A stretch of 63,785 nt of DNA, counting the filler, from Sphacelaria rigidula (Eukaryota), in assembly GCA_964200075.2 (NCBI GenBank). It is 6 parts of 6 records of this genome, joined end to end, with 100 filler letters (N's around TTAATTAATTAA, not from the genome) between each part and the next. Parts side by side here need not be neighbours in the genome. Positions count along the whole stretch, not along the records: positions 1 to 10,549 come from CAXNAA020006296.1; positions 10,650 to 21,197 come from CAXNAA020006297.1; 4 more parts are not named here. One strand, written 5' to 3'. The position numbers and the translations under genes are program-made. Under the pieces are notes generated by a model. The model did no database searches. It saw only the letters and a program-made list of their open reading frames with translations, and was not told where the DNA came from. This document shows, one piece after another, positions 1 to 12,923 of this stretch; within the stretch, counting starts at the first letter, position 1, and the number at the start of each line of letters is the position of its first letter.

Positions 1-34
1 TGATCATGAGTACACCCCCCCCCCGCCACACACA

Positions 35-69
<35 letters not shown>

Positions 70-71
<2 letters not shown>

Positions 72-182
72 CGATGACGATTACTGCTCCCGCCGCAACG
101 TCCCACGGACCTCCGTACCCATCCTCGTAGTAGCAGTCTAGCTTGCCGCACGCCACGTGGCACATATTCAGGGCTGCGGAAC
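70..182 (-). CDS. Inositol monophosphatase (IMPase/SuhB family), internal exon; gene continues left of the window
   Basis: CAG acceptor (185-183) and GT donor at 69-68 running into (GT)n. Encodes (G)[37 protein letters not shown], containing the IMPase GSAAL and PWDxAAG motifs. Phase 1 matches the upstream exon. Confidence 0.92.
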
Positions 183-962
183 CTGCACGTGCACATTGAC
201 GGGCAAACGTGGAGAAAATGTGACACGTTGGCAAACTCTACGATGGCCATTCAGTATGCTACTCGACAGATTGCCTGGTGTTGCAAGACGACCTCACAAA
301 GGAGGTGGGAGAAAAAACGTACCGTCCTTCCGGTCATGTCCATCACTGATGGGACATTTCAGGTCCATGACGTGGTGTACCATATGTACACACAATTCAC
401 TTGCTCGGCTTGTTTTCTTGTTCTGGTTTCCAAAAAGAGGTGAGACCATAGAGCCTACAAAGAATTTTGACTTTGAGAATAAATTTCAATTCCACTTTCG
501 TCAAAAACAAAAACCCTGAGAAACGCCAAAGGCCACGAACTGCTGTTGTTGTACGCGAAGAGCTGCCACCCACGTTGTAAAAACTACATATTTTTCTTTG
601 ATCAACCAGAGTCATCATTACCTTGATGAGATATTTCTTCCGGAAAAAAATCAACTTGTCATACAGCAAGGAAAACCACCCGTGAGCGATACCGTGTTGT
701 TTTGCTGGTATGATTGATATATGAGGGGGTGCCTCATGGGCGGCATGGGCCCTTGAGTAAAAAACGACAACCCCCAACAAACAGCAGCTAGTTTTCCCTC
801 CAAACTTAGCCTATTTCTTACGTTCCATCATTTGGTTCCGAATAAAAATTGGGCACATATCGTAATTCGTAGAGTTTGGTCGTACATGTCACATTTCTCT
901 GTTTGGTCGCACGGCGCAATTCGGGGGCTCTGTTTACGCTCATAAGAGCCCACGGACCCGAC

Positions 963-1101
963 CTGACATGCGAACTGCTTGCACGTTTCTCCTCAGCAAT
1001 TCTCCCAGCCGGTTGATTGTTGTGTTGATGAACGCTTCGTCTCTCGCAGCCCCTATGTTATTCACCACCAGACCGTCATTTAGGCCCGAAGCAGCGCGAA
1101 C
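963..1101 (-). CDS. Inositol monophosphatase internal exon
   Basis: Not in the ORF track. CAG acceptor, 139 nt, encodes VRAASGLNDGLVVNNIGAARDEAFINTTINRLGELLRRNVQAVRMS(G), GT donor at 962. Splices in phase to give ...VRMSGSAALNMC... Confidence 0.88.
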
Positions 1102-1134
1102 CTGATGAGGCCGCACGCAGGGTGATGTGAAAAT

Positions 1135-1290
1135 GGGGGTAGGCGGGATGTGTACTCATGACCTTGCATGCTGTAGTCACATGACCACTGACCTCGCATC
1201 CCTACAAGGCCGGGACGGAGCACGCCGGGGTCTCGCCGGACCAGGCTCGCAATCACGGAGCGCGAAGCGCCATGATGTGTTCGGCGAGGG
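1135..1290 (-). repeat. Dispersed short retroposon-like tail ending in CATGAGTACAC + C-run (family A)
   Basis: Similar copies at ~1-25, 8302-8450, 9950-10095, 31946-32020 and a short one at ~20517. All abut a G/C homopolymer. Confidence 0.75.
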
Positions 1291-4200
1291 GGGTGGGGGA
1301 GAGAAATCGCGTGTATCATCCATGGGCTCCGTTCATTGCACAAGCATTACATACACTGACGGTGACTTTTATCGATCTCCTCGCCCATGGAGACGATCAT
1401 TTGGACCTTGGTGCTCTCAATTGCTCTCGTACGCAACCCTCTCCACGGGGAAGAGGGAAGAGGCTGCCGGGAGACTGGGCCGTTGATCCGATTGCGCTGC
1501 ACGTGAACGGGGTCTGCATGCCCATTCCTTCCCGGTTGGTCAACCACGCTGAGGGCTCCACAACCATCTTTGATTCGAGTGCGGTAATCTGGGAGGTTAG
1601 ATTGTTGTCTGTCCGTTGGGATGTGTTGTGTGTGGGTCTGGCGGGACGGGGAGGAAGCGGAAATTGCCTCCTCGGTCCCTGCTACCGTCTACTTTGTTGT
1701 GCTCGTTCGGCATATGTCACACACCATCATTTTTTACGTGAATGAGAGCATCCGCACTGGTACGACTCTTGACGCAAGCTTTTTCAAAAAATAGATTATA
1801 GAACTAGAAGTATGTATGTCAACATGGTTACACATACGCACGTGTACTTTTGGAGCATGCATATATACACATAGTATATGCATATACCTGCACGTGTGGA
1901 GACCACATATGTATGAGCGTAATGAACATCCAAATACACATGTAAGCCGGAGAATCAGTCTCAGGAACGGTGCCCGCCAGCGACACACACGAGCGGACCC
2001 GAAACGTTCAAACCTGTGAAACTGGATCTTGGGCAACCGAGGCAACAGGCTCACCGGTACAAGAGCCCGAAACAATGGGACCACCGCATGAACCCTGGTG
2101 GAGCGTAGCCGACACTACCGTACCACCTCGTTCACTTCTTCTCCTTGCCTACCATCGGTCACGGTCGCATCCTTGCCTAAGTGACAAGAGAGAGAATTAC
2201 GCTTCGCTCTGGAGATCCTTCGGCAGCAGGGTACGACAACGTTTTTTTCCGGGACCCGTAACTCTACTGCCTCATCCCTAGCGAAGCCTAGTTCACACAC
2301 ATGAATATAACACGAGAACAATATGGAGACACATGTAACCACAAAACTGGACTGTTGATGTTGACGAACCACAGTAGTGGGCGGTCTAACTATGCAGCGG
2401 GGTTTTGGGGTTTTCCTCGCGTACTACTCTTCGTTAGAACTCGAAATTGCTAGCATCGGTAGATTTTGGTACAATAAACAGACCATCCTCAAAACACAAT
2501 GCCCAAGTCAGTGCAAGTTGGTGTTATCGGGCGAAATGAGTAAATACCCCGTTCATCAGGAGGGTGTTATTGACCGTGAAACACAGTTTTTCAGCTCTAG
2601 TGCGATGAGTAGGCAGAGTTTCAAAAAAATGAAACTGTACATTGTTTTAGAAATGTGATCGGGACAGGATCGATCGACCGAAAATACGGAAGGGTAAGAA
2701 TCTGGGCTGGAACATCGCAGGACCCCCGATGACCGGTCAGCCCGTAAGTCACTCAACATTGAGTACAGATGATTTATTTTTCGAAATATGTAGCGGATAC
2801 AAATATCTTCAGATTTCCAATGTGATAAGCGGTGGAAAGCGAAAAGAGCCCAAGAAAATCGCCTATTACGAAGAAATCACAAAATGCCTCAAAATGATTA
2901 GGTAGACCGCCTACTACTGTACTATACACACTGTGCTCTGCGACAGATCGTCACGGTGGAGATTGACGTCAATCTTCCGCAAATAGTAAGCACTATTGTT
3001 CTGTGCGTGTGCAGACATGGATATAATATGCATATACAAGGTTACCCTTCGGGAGGTTGGTACGGGCCTCCCGGGAGTGACGCAAGTCGAAAGTATAAAA
3101 TATACTTCGTACGAGTATGCCTTTCCAGTGCGCTGCAAAAGAAAGCGTGGGGGAAAATGCCTTGCTGGCAGAGAAAACTCGGCAAAAGTGGTGAACATGT
3201 GAAATGATACATGTACATGATACACATGGGTTGGATGAAGGGAAAAAAAGCGCGCGAGTCATCGCTTTGTCCGCTTCGATCGAGCAAAGTATATATTGCC
3301 CTGCGCGAAAAATAAACAGATGTGGACAAACAAACACAACTGATGAGGGAGCCTCCAATTACATAGAACGATGTTTTCGTGAGATTGAGAGTAGAGGATA
3401 CAGTTGAGAAGGAAAAGCGATCAATTAGAGATTTAAGCATTTCAGTTCCGAAATATCCCTCCGCGAGGCCTTACCGAAGCAGCGGGCTAATTCACAGTTT
3501 TTCACCTGCGACGCACCGGTACAGAGATGATCCTGTGAAGTCAGTGTTGCGCCAAGAACAAAAAACTTTTCTTCGGAACAAAATCTTGCCGTTTTGCCCT
3601 CTAGTGGGCACTGCTGCAGCGCACAGCACCAGATATAGCGACTTGGAACTGTTGACTGCGGTTTGCACAGCCTATGAGCGATGTTTCAGCGCCTCGCAGC
3701 GGCTGAAGCGCACTTGGAGCCGTGCTCCATGAAGTACGCAGCTCAACAGACTGTGTGCCGATCAGTGCACTACAGATGGTCATGATCCAGAAAGGACCGC
3801 AGTACAGACCGGTGCCAGTTTGCTACCGCTTCGGCCGTCCAGCCGCTCAACATGTCCAAGTTTATGCATCTGCGCATGCATATATGCATTCGCCTGTAGT
3901 GCGACACTGGTAGACCTAACGAAATGTACATAAACAACGATTGGTACTCGATTTGACTTGGTTTCAGAATAAAGAAAGTTCTGAGAAAAATCATGATTTG
4001 GGGCAGGTGAGCAGTGGTGAGCAGTAGAACCAGGTCGGCCAAAAACGTGTTTTGATCCAAAATCGGCTCAAAGGTGTCGATTCGAGTTCTCGCAACGCAC
4101 GCTTTAGCTACGAAACTGCACCCCCCTTGCCCGAGAGTTCTCGGTATGCCTTGGTCGATGTTAGTGCTAGGGTTAGCGTTAGGGTTGGTGGTATCTCCAT

Positions 4201-7200
4201 AGCACCAACCATCGTGAACGTACATTTCTTCCAGCCCCCTCGCTGAAGTACTTGTGCAGGGATGCATCCTTGTCACAAGAACATTCCTGCGCCGGTACTT
4301 CACACAGGTGCATCTTTTGAGGGGAACTCTCTGTTACGGGTTGCATGACCAAAGGGATTTCGTCACCCCTCTGCGCTTGTCGAGCACAGCTGACCCACAG
4401 TGAGGACGTTTGCCCACGTGTGTGCCTTGTTCAACTCGCCAACGGCTCATTGCACGGTCTTGGTTTTGCTGGTGACTAAGGCCAAGGCAGTGTTCAATTG
4501 TTTCCAACTGCTTTGCTTTCATGTTCTTGTCACATTCGCTACATAACCGCTGTCTTCGTACTCCCGAATCAACGAGAACGCAGAGAAATACCCCGCCATG
4601 AACAGGCTTTTGGGGTTCGGGTTCCTGTTCGAAGTTTTCCATGATGAGGCTTTTGCGGTTCGGGATCGACACCCCGCAAAAAAGAGCCAGTGTGGGCGAC
4701 TTTCGATGGCCAGAACACGCGCCACAGGTATCAGCTGACACCCAAACCCGAAAGGTAATGTACCGCTGCACCTTCTTCGTGCACTGCAAAAGAAAGCGCG
4801 TGATAAGATGTCTTGCCCTCTGAGGAAACCCGGCAAAGTGGTGAAAAAAGTGAAATGATACATGTACATAAATATATACATTTGACATACATACAGCTGA
4901 ATGCCAGTTATTTGGTTGGCGTCCGCGCGGTGAAGGTGGGTCATCATTACCCAGTCAAAAAGATGCCCAAGATGAGCTTTGCTCAACACACGGAAAGTTA
5001 TGTTTACGACTGGCGTGCCTAGCAGGGTGTATTACACACAAGCACAGAGAGAAGAAAGGGGACCGACACACATCCAACAACTCGAACAAGTAAGTGCACG
5101 TCAACGGTTGCGGCACGTACCCTGAGTAAGTCGCTGCCTTTTCATTTCGAAGTTCATGACTCCACGAAAAAAACACTGCAAGCATCTAGCTGGATTTGAT
5201 CGGCGAGATTTCCGCTGCTCCCCGTGTGTGTGCGTGTGTGTGTGTGCGTGTTGTGGGTAAGGATGTCATCATCGGCCACGAGATGCAAGAAATCGCCGGG
5301 ATCGATGCTGCGACAAAGACTCCAGTTCGAATTCAGCCGTCGGAAGATTCTCCGTGAGACGATGAAACGATGCTGCACCACAGGGATACTCCCCGCGCAT
5401 GTTGAGGATTGGGCGTATTGCACACAGATCAAATGGGGTGGATGGCGCACACCAGCTGACACCGGTAGCAGCGGTGACCTCCAAGTTGAACCACCGAAGT
5501 TTTAGTGGTGGGGTGTTTCCTCCTGCTACCCGAGAGAAAGTTCGTCGCGTTGATAGGTGGGGAAAGGGGTGCGGACGTCGGAGAACCCACCACGGTACTC
5601 CGTGCTGCAATGTGCTGTACCATTGATTTCATGTCTGTAACGCAGATGAACTTAATGTTTGCGAACTTGACTCTTAAACGCGACCGCCGCTGGCGAAAGG
5701 GGGGGCACGGGACGTCAGAGGCGCTGTCGCTGCACGCTGCACTACTGTACTGCCTGTAGCTCACCGCTCGGAATTTGAATCTTCAAACAAAACCACACCG
5801 ATATATGAGTGATCACTTATGGAATACAAATACAGCACCAGTATAGTTGAAATTTAGGCAGTGAATCAAGGAACTACTCATCTTTACTGGGGGTATGCCG
5901 CGCCTGTAACGCTGCACAAAGCCCAGGCCTTGTGCCAGCGCCCCGTCCTATCGCTGTATCCCACGTCATATGTGTTCCTGAAACACGTGAAACTGTGTGT
6001 ATAAAAAACTGTGTGTGTGTATATATATATACAGTCACTGAAATCTGTGGAAGTGGTGCCTGTGCTCCTAGCTCGGTCGGTTGCTCCATTCCTACATCTG
6101 GGAATATTTGTGGGACATGGGAGTGTACTGTACTCTACTAGCTGTTCGACGATATTACTCTGGCTATACTGCACCACTGTCCATCGCTGTACTGTCGTGT
6201 GGACTGTAGCACCGCGCAGGAGGTGTGGATGCATACGCAGACATGATGACTTTAAAAAAATGAGCTCTCTGTGGTACTGCTGTGCGGTTGTAGGGTACGG
6301 TGGTGTACGATAACGCGGACCGCACAGCCCGACTAGAGCAACTGAATCGACCCCGCGTTCATTTTCAAAGGTCACTCATAGGGCGCAACAGTACAATACA
6401 GCACGAACGACATAAGCCCTATTCCGACAGCTCGCTTGGATTCAGCAATATACTCTGTACGGACGGTACTGTGTATGTACTGTACTGTACACTGTCTGTA
6501 CTATAATACTGGCGGTGGAAAGCTTCACTTGATATCCATTTTCTCTCTCCGCTTCAGATCATGAGATCCGTCAGCTGCTATCATTCAAGTGTGAAAACAA
6601 ATGCTAAATCCAGCGTTGTGCGTGGCCATCGAATTGCTTTGGACTGCTGCGGTGGGTAGTACTCTGCGGTTCAAGAATTCTGTCCTAGGGGTGCATAGAT
6701 ATAAAAAAAGAGACTACAGTCCACAATCAATAAATCACGAGACAACGACAAGATCTATCTGTCGTGGTCCGGTGCATGCTGTTGTTCCACCTACATTCTT
6801 ACAACTAATCGAGGAGAAGGTGAAAAGTGTATTTTTTTTCCTTTATTTTTTCCTTCTTGGCAAGAACCCTCATGACGCTTTTTTTCGTAGACCCTGAAAC
6901 AAGTTCGTCTTCCCTTCACTTCCCTTCAATTTTTACCATATGATAAACCCGGCCGTGCCAAGTGTTTCACCAGTTTTTCAATGATTTTTATTTTTGTGTG
7001 TGTGGACGTGTAGGCAAAATGATGCGTTGTTTCAGAGTTTTTGGTGTTTCATCTCATCAACGGCACTCTGCAGTCCCCCACACGCGAGCGCCCCACAAGG
7101 CTACGACGCTACTACTACTCGCTTGGGGCAGACGCAGCCGCCCCCGCGGACGAGTTGCTCATGAAATCTCCGGCTGCAGTGAGGTTGCTTCGTCAGTGCC

Positions 7201-7329
7201 GTGTGCTGTCTAGTGCAGTGTGCTGTGTGCACTATACGCTGCTGTGTGTGCGCGTCTAGGTAGTGCCCCCCCCGGTGCGTTGCGCGGGTTTCGTGCATGC
7301 TTTTGGGGGTTTCGTGGTGATTCATCAAA

Positions 7330-7435
7330 TTATCGTGTCGTATCGAAATATCGTATCATATCGGAATACAGCAATCAGGACGATACTCCATACGATACGG
7401 TGTATCGGAAATTTCGACACGATATCCAACACTAG
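7330..7435. repeat. Short TATCG/CGATA-rich palindromic MITE-like fragment
   Basis: TATCGTGTCG...TATCGAAATATCG...CGATAC...CGACACGATA self-complementary motifs. Confidence 0.55.
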
Positions 7436-7764
7436 TAGCCATGCCTTCCTGCATCAACAGGAGAACACTGAAAGCTCGTATTAAAAAACCATGAACTAGA
7501 CGCCCCGACCGGCCCTTCAGCCAAGTCAGGTGACGATTGTCATGTAATTTTCACCGTGCACCATTTCATGGCCATGCGAGTGGTCGTGCCCCGTGCACGT
7601 TCGCCACAGCTAATGCTGCGACTACGCGAAGAACGCACTCCCTGGGCACACTTTCGTAGTCTTGGAATGTTCGGGGCAGTACTGGTACCTCAAGCATGTT
7701 TTCAAGGTTGCCCTGCACGGTCCATCATTTCCACTGAGCTGACTCTGCACAGTTTGTTGCGCTA

Positions 7765-7805
7765 CTGCTGTTGTTGCTGCTGCTGCTACCGCTGCTGCTG
7801 CTGCG
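7765..7805. repeat. (CTG)n microsatellite; other microsatellites: (CA)n at 28-69 and 20113-20168, (TA)n at 32960-32988
   Basis: Seen directly in the sequence. Confidence 0.9.
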
Positions 7806-8301
7806 GCGGCTATTCATTCTACATCTACATTTTGCCATCAGCGGAACGGCCGAACATGAAACACCAAACTACAAAAACGACCAGTATTTTGCTCGCTCTC
7901 CACTGCACGCAGGCTACGCTGGATCTTTGTGCGCGTTGTCTTCAACAGTATGTCTTGAACTGATCTCGACCGCCGAAAAAGGGCGGGGCGGCAATCACTG
8001 CGTAATAATACCACCCTCTTTCTGTGCGCTTGAATAGCCCAGTGACCGCTAGTAACATGCTGGAACATGTTCCCACTTCGAGATGGGCTCATGCCTGGCT
8101 TTGCCATCGCTTCGCCTTGTCGTCTGAGCCCTGCGGCAAATGGTCAAACGTGTCCACCACCCGTGAAGAACAGGTGCACCATATTTCATGTTCACCCGCA
8201 AGAGTTTCAGCAAGAAACAACTGCTCCCACACGACTCTCGTATTTAAAAAGCCGAAAAAACAAGAGCGTTGCATGCCCACGTGCACCGCATATTCCACAC
8301 T

Positions 8302-8450
8302 TGGGGGGACGGGGGTGTACTCATGACCTTGCATGCCGTGGTCATGAGACCATTGGCCTCGCATCCCTACTACAGTAAGCCGGGACGGAGCACGCCGGGT
8401 TTTCGCCGGAGCAGGCTCGCACTCAATCACCAAGCGCGAAGCGCCATGGT
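8302..8450 (-). repeat. Family A short retroposon-like tail
   Basis: GGGGGTGTACTCATGACCTTGCATG...GCCGGGACGGAGCACGCCGGG...GCGCGAAGCGCCATG, closely matching 1150-1280. Confidence 0.75.
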
Positions 8451-8509
8451 GTGTATACCCCATGCGTGGGCTGCATTGGCGCCGTTGCATCTCCAGGATT
8501 TGTGCTCAC

Positions 8510-8606
8510 CTGAATTCTTACACCGTTCAAGAAGGCGCCACCACCCCGGCAGGCGGTATACATGTCTCCGGATACAGGATGAAAAACAACGCCTATAGCC
8601 GGAACT
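8510..8606 (-). CDS. Inositol monophosphatase internal exon; further 5' exons (DPIDGT motif) not found, possibly lost in the gap at 10550
   Basis: CCAG acceptor, encodes VPAIGVVFHPVSGDMYTACRGGGAFLNGVRIQ (typical IMPase GVVxxP...A.RG.GAFLNG segment). GTGAG donor, phase 0, joins exon 963-1101 across a ~7.4-kb intron. Confidence 0.88.
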
Positions 8607-9949
8607 CTGGTTCCGTTGAAGTGGCAAAAGCAAGCGCACACACGAGGTGGTGACGGGGAAAAGGGGGAGGTGTAGACGGAATATGAGATTTTGAACCAAG
8701 TTCTGAACAACAAAATTGCATTATGCTCACAGATAGATACAACACAAATCTGGGAACTGACACTGACAAGAATGAAAAATAGTAAAAGAATGAATTGAAA
8801 AAAGGAAGGCGGTTCAGGGTGGGGGAAGATAAAAAAAAAGGGTCTCTAACGGGCAGGAAGTACTGCTACACTTGCCGTGTTTTGATACACGGTATACATG
8901 GTATCACCACGAAAGCTACTATAAACTAACCCGCACAGACAAATTTTGGATAGGTTTCATGTACGCGACTTTCGCGGTGAAATGAGGGACAAAAAAAGCA
9001 AACTTTCATTCTGGGTGACCGGCCACTAGAAAGTCTACCTCAATTAAACCCTTTGCGCCCAAGGCTTCACCCTTCGGACAGCTCATGAGCTACGCCAATA
9101 TTAATATCTTGGCATACTGACCCGGATCTTGAGCTAGCTTCTTCGGCCCCCTTTTTTCCATTTTTTCTTCCTGCAGCGCTGAAAGACGAGCACGCAAAGT
9201 GACTCAAGCGTAGTGCTGTGGATTCTCGGGCCCTGGTGTCACGTATCTTGCGTTTTTGGACAAAGGATCCGAGAGTCGTCTTTCATCAGATATTTTAGGA
9301 AGCTCATGGGCTGTCCAACGTATGCAAGGCTTCACGTTCCGAAAGTAGGTTCTAACAATCAATTCCGTGGACACTTGGAGTGTGGCCGTTGAAGGCGTTA
9401 ACGGCTCTGCAAATGGCCCTCGGGGGCTAAATCACACAGGAGTCGGAGGATGAGACGTGTAGCAGTCCATGTCCATGGTTGATCACGCAGGTTGGAGTTT
9501 TGGGGCGTTGTCGGTCTGTTGTGGAGACTTTTTACAACGGCGCGCTCGTGGAGGTTACACGACACGCAAAATCTTCGTACATGTCATAGCACATGCGGTG
9601 GTGGCACGGTTGACGCTAACGACAGTATTCACCCACCCAAAATATATGTACTGTACTCATGATGACTCGGATATATATATATATATATGTGGGTGGCAAC
9701 GGCCCGACAAATTCGGACCCCCCCCTGCTTCACACGACTAAGGCAAGCAACAAATGAGTACGCCCCCCCTCCCTCCCCCCCCCTGCTTCTTTCTTTGAAT
9801 GCGTTGTGAACTTAGCTAGAAGAACTATTCCGAACCCCCCAAATTGCCAGGCCATCAGACGACCACCAGCACAACTGGGCGCTATGAAGGGTTAGCAAAT
9901 AGGGTATGGAAACGGGGCAAGGCGAGCGAGGGGGGGCGTGAGGGGGGGG

Positions 9950-10095
9950 GGCAGGGGGGTGTATTCATGATATTGCATGCCGTAGTCACTGGACCGTTGA
10001 TCTCGTATCCCTTCAAAGCCGGCACGGAGCACGCCGGGTTTCGCCTTACCAGGCTCGCAATCACCAAGGACGAAGCGCCGTGATGTGTTCGGCGA
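9950..10095 (-). repeat. Family A short retroposon-like tail
   Basis: Same block GTATTCATGA...GGAGCACGCCGGGTTTCGCC...CGAAGCGCCGTGATGTGTTCGGCGAG after a G-run. Confidence 0.7.
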
Positions 10096-10467
10096 GTCGC
10101 ATGAAGCTTGAGCTGCATCCCACCAGGGTTGTTCGGCCCGACGCGTACTGATTAATTATGTTGCATCTGTATGACAGACTTGAGTGAGTTGTTTCATTTT
10201 TTGGTATCGTCACTTCCAGACACAGCCACGGCTTACTCTGCCTAACGGGTGTTTCACCATTAAAACACCACGTCGTATGACCAACCCCTTTGCACGGTGT
10301 TGATGTTCTCTACCCCGCACAATATGATCTAACTCGACCATCACGATATCGTAGTTACCAGGAAAAAAAAGGAAGCGAAACGAAAAGGTGACCGGGTTGC
10401 CTAGCTTATGCAGTCAGTGGCATGTTTTGTAGCGTCATTCCCAACCTCGCCAACTTTCAGACATGCA

Positions 10468-10549
10468 GGGGGGCGTACTCATTTGTTGCTTACCTTAATC
10501 GTTTGACCATTGACGACGCATCCCTTTCGAGACAGAACACCGCTCCTAC
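10468..10549 (-). repeat. 5'-truncated 3' tail of the LINE seen at 51545-53139 (another short copy at 9735-9770, opposite strand)
   Basis: GGGGGGCGTACTCATTTGTTGCTTACCTTAATCGTTTGACCATTGACGACGCATCC matches 51545-51630. Confidence 0.8.
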
Positions 10550-10649
10550 NNNNNNNNNNNNNNNNNNNNNNNNNNNNNNNNNNNNNNNNNNNNTTAATTA
10601 ATTAANNNNNNNNNNNNNNNNNNNNNNNNNNNNNNNNNNNNNNNNNNNN
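10550..10649. other. Scaffold gap with artificial TTAATTAATTAA linker (also 21198-21297, 31846-31945, 42493-42592, 53140-53239)
   Basis: Five identical 100-bp blocks N44-TTAATTAATTAA-N44; the linker gives stops in all six frames. Confidence 0.97.
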
Positions 10650-12810
10650 TCCCTTTTTCATAAAAACCCCTCAAAACAATGTTTTTTTTTTTCCCCCCCA
10701 AACCCAACACCCCCGCCTTTCCCCCCCCCCCCCCCCCCTCCCCCCTCCATCTACTCGTAAGCTACGGCAGAAGAAACAAACCGAAACCAGATCTCCCTGC
10801 TCTCCTCGTGCTCAACCATTTTCAATCTGATACCCCTCTTCATGACCGCAGACACATTACAACTAAATATGGCCTTGTTTACAGTCTGTACCAAGCCCTT
10901 TCTTCATCAGAGCGCAGTCATGCATACGCACACCACGGCGCAGCAGTGATAATTGCATTCTTTGGCCAGAGTCAGTTGTCCGCCCCCCTGTCCCACCTAT
11001 ATCATCGTTGAAGTCGCCCGTCGTCTCCCTTTTCCACTTGTAGTTTTATGGTGAAAAAGAAGCTACCGCTGCCTCTGTGTCTCTGTATGCATGTGTGTGT
11101 TTACTTACGCGTGCTTGTGTGTCCTTGGTGTGTGTACCTTCCGTATCCATGGTTGAGTTTCCCCCTCGGAAAAGGATTTATGCGCCCCCCCAACGATATA
11201 TCGAAATTTTCGAGAGGCTGCTTGGCGGGTTTCATATTTTTGAACGTCTCCTTTTTATTATATATATGATCAGATCATATATTTTTTGAAAATATGCTAC
11301 TGTTGTAATTTTCCCTTGTACTCACTGCACTGCTCTCTGTAATCAATATGCAGTTCGTTATTACTGTCTATACTGACTGCATGGGCATAAATGAGGTTTG
11401 TGTCACCTCAGATACGTACAATATCCCATATGCGCGCGTTTCGTGTGATGCGTTTTCTTGTTTTCATCTTGAGCATCAGACATACACGCACATTCGCACG
11501 ACACCGTCATCTCCCCCCAAGCCCCGCTACCTTGCACCTTTGACACGGCCCACACGGCTGACGGGACAACAACACGACAATATCAAGTTTGACTCTTTAC
11601 TTGCTGTGTGGGTGATGCTGGATAGTGCTGGTTCTACTACTGTGCTGTACAGTAACTCGAGAAGTGTATGTCGGCAGCCCGATATCTTTTCGTGTTTTTC
11701 GATCTACAAAGCAGGACATCTACTGTTACTATTTCCCCGACCCCGGTGTTCTTTTGTCACGAGCAGAGAGCATACCCCCCGGAAACAGCACCCGTTTTTT
11801 TTCCCTCGGCTGTAATGAAGATATTCCTACATGTGACCTTGGCTTCGCGCCGATGCGCATATGCTGCGCGTGTGCTGATTGGCTTCGTACTGCACCATAG
11901 TTACGAAATGGCCCTCCTTTTCTTCCCCCCCCTCCCATCTTTCAAGTCTCGCACCTACACGAGGTGCAAAAATAACTTGTGTGGAGATTTCTTCGTGGGT
12001 TGTGTGGCGTGTGTTTGCCTTGTGTTTTTTCGGATTTTGGGACAAACAGTGAGAGATTGGATGTTCATGTTTTGCTTGAGGCCTGTAGAGATTCAACAGT
12101 CTGTTTTTTGCGTTGGAATACATTCCTCCTTCAGCGCTTTCGGCCGAGAGAGGTCGGAGTGTCTTGGCTACCGCACGAAAAAAAACAAAACATGCTCCGA
12201 AGTACCTCCTTTACCATGTTCTTGCGTTACTTGTTCTACTACGGAATGGCTTGGACATTATTTGCGCCTTGAGCTTTTCTTATACCGGGAAAGGAAAGAG
12301 CCGAGAGAGCACTGTCGCTTGTCAGGGCCTTCGAAAATGTCAAGTACACAAAATACGGTCGTCCAAAACATACGTTGCATCTGGGTGACTCCCGTTGAAT
12401 GTGCGCCGTTTTCTTCGTCTTCTCATGTTACAAGACGCGCATATTTGTACTTGGCGTATTTGTACTCATGTACATGAAAACAAGACGTGCTTCTGTCTCC
12501 CAGTCACCTTTGGTGAACAAGATTTTTATTGTGTCATGTACAACCGTAGTGTACAACGGAAGAGAGGGGACCAACCTACAGCGCATAGTCTACCGTGTTC
12601 TGGGCTGAACTGGCCGAGTCGCTGATGCAGTCAGGAGAAGTTTTGATCATTGATGTTGATGTTTTCGTACCGCTCTCCTTTCTCTGCCGTTTTCCGTTTA
12701 TTCTGTCCGTCCTACCCCCGTCCCTCATTGTTGCCTCGTGGTTCGTCCCACGCCGTCCCCCTCCGTGCTCTCTCGATTCACATCAATCCATTGTGGCACT
12801 CTCGACGCAG

Positions 12811-12923
12811 TGCGTTGTGTCAAATTGTACCAAGCTGTCTACCTACGGGTTCGAAGGGTTTCTCGCGCGATACTGCTTCAGCCACAAGTCCCAGGGCATG
12901 GTGTATCTGAAGAACCGGAAGCG
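12811..12923 (+). CDS. Exon encoding one EsV-1-7-type cysteine-rich repeat
   Basis: Pyrimidine-rich lead-in, CAG acceptor, GTGAG donor. Encodes CVVSNCTKLSTYGFEGFLARYCFSHKSQGMVYLKNRK(R), matching the C-x4-C-x5-(Y/F)G-x2-G-x4-YC-x2-HK-x2-GMV pattern of EsV-1-7 repeats. Other exons not identified. Confidence 0.78.

Noticed and set aside
1272-1745. ORF containing 'WAVDPI', resembling the IMPase W.IDPIDGT motif
   Set aside because: Wrong strand and wrong position relative to the IMPase exons, and lacks DGT; likely repeat-derived intronic sequence.
9735-10500. Apparent inverted-repeat pair flanking ~700 bp (possible TIR element)
   Set aside because: Both arms are 3' tails of the LINE at 51545-53139, inserted in opposite orientations.
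10594-10605. TTAATTAATTAA motif recurring five times
   Set aside because: Always centred in N-runs of identical length; an artificial scaffolding linker.
11668-12477. 269-aa plus-strand ORF
   Set aside because: Phe/Cys-rich translation of T-rich intron-like sequence, with no motif or coding-like composition.
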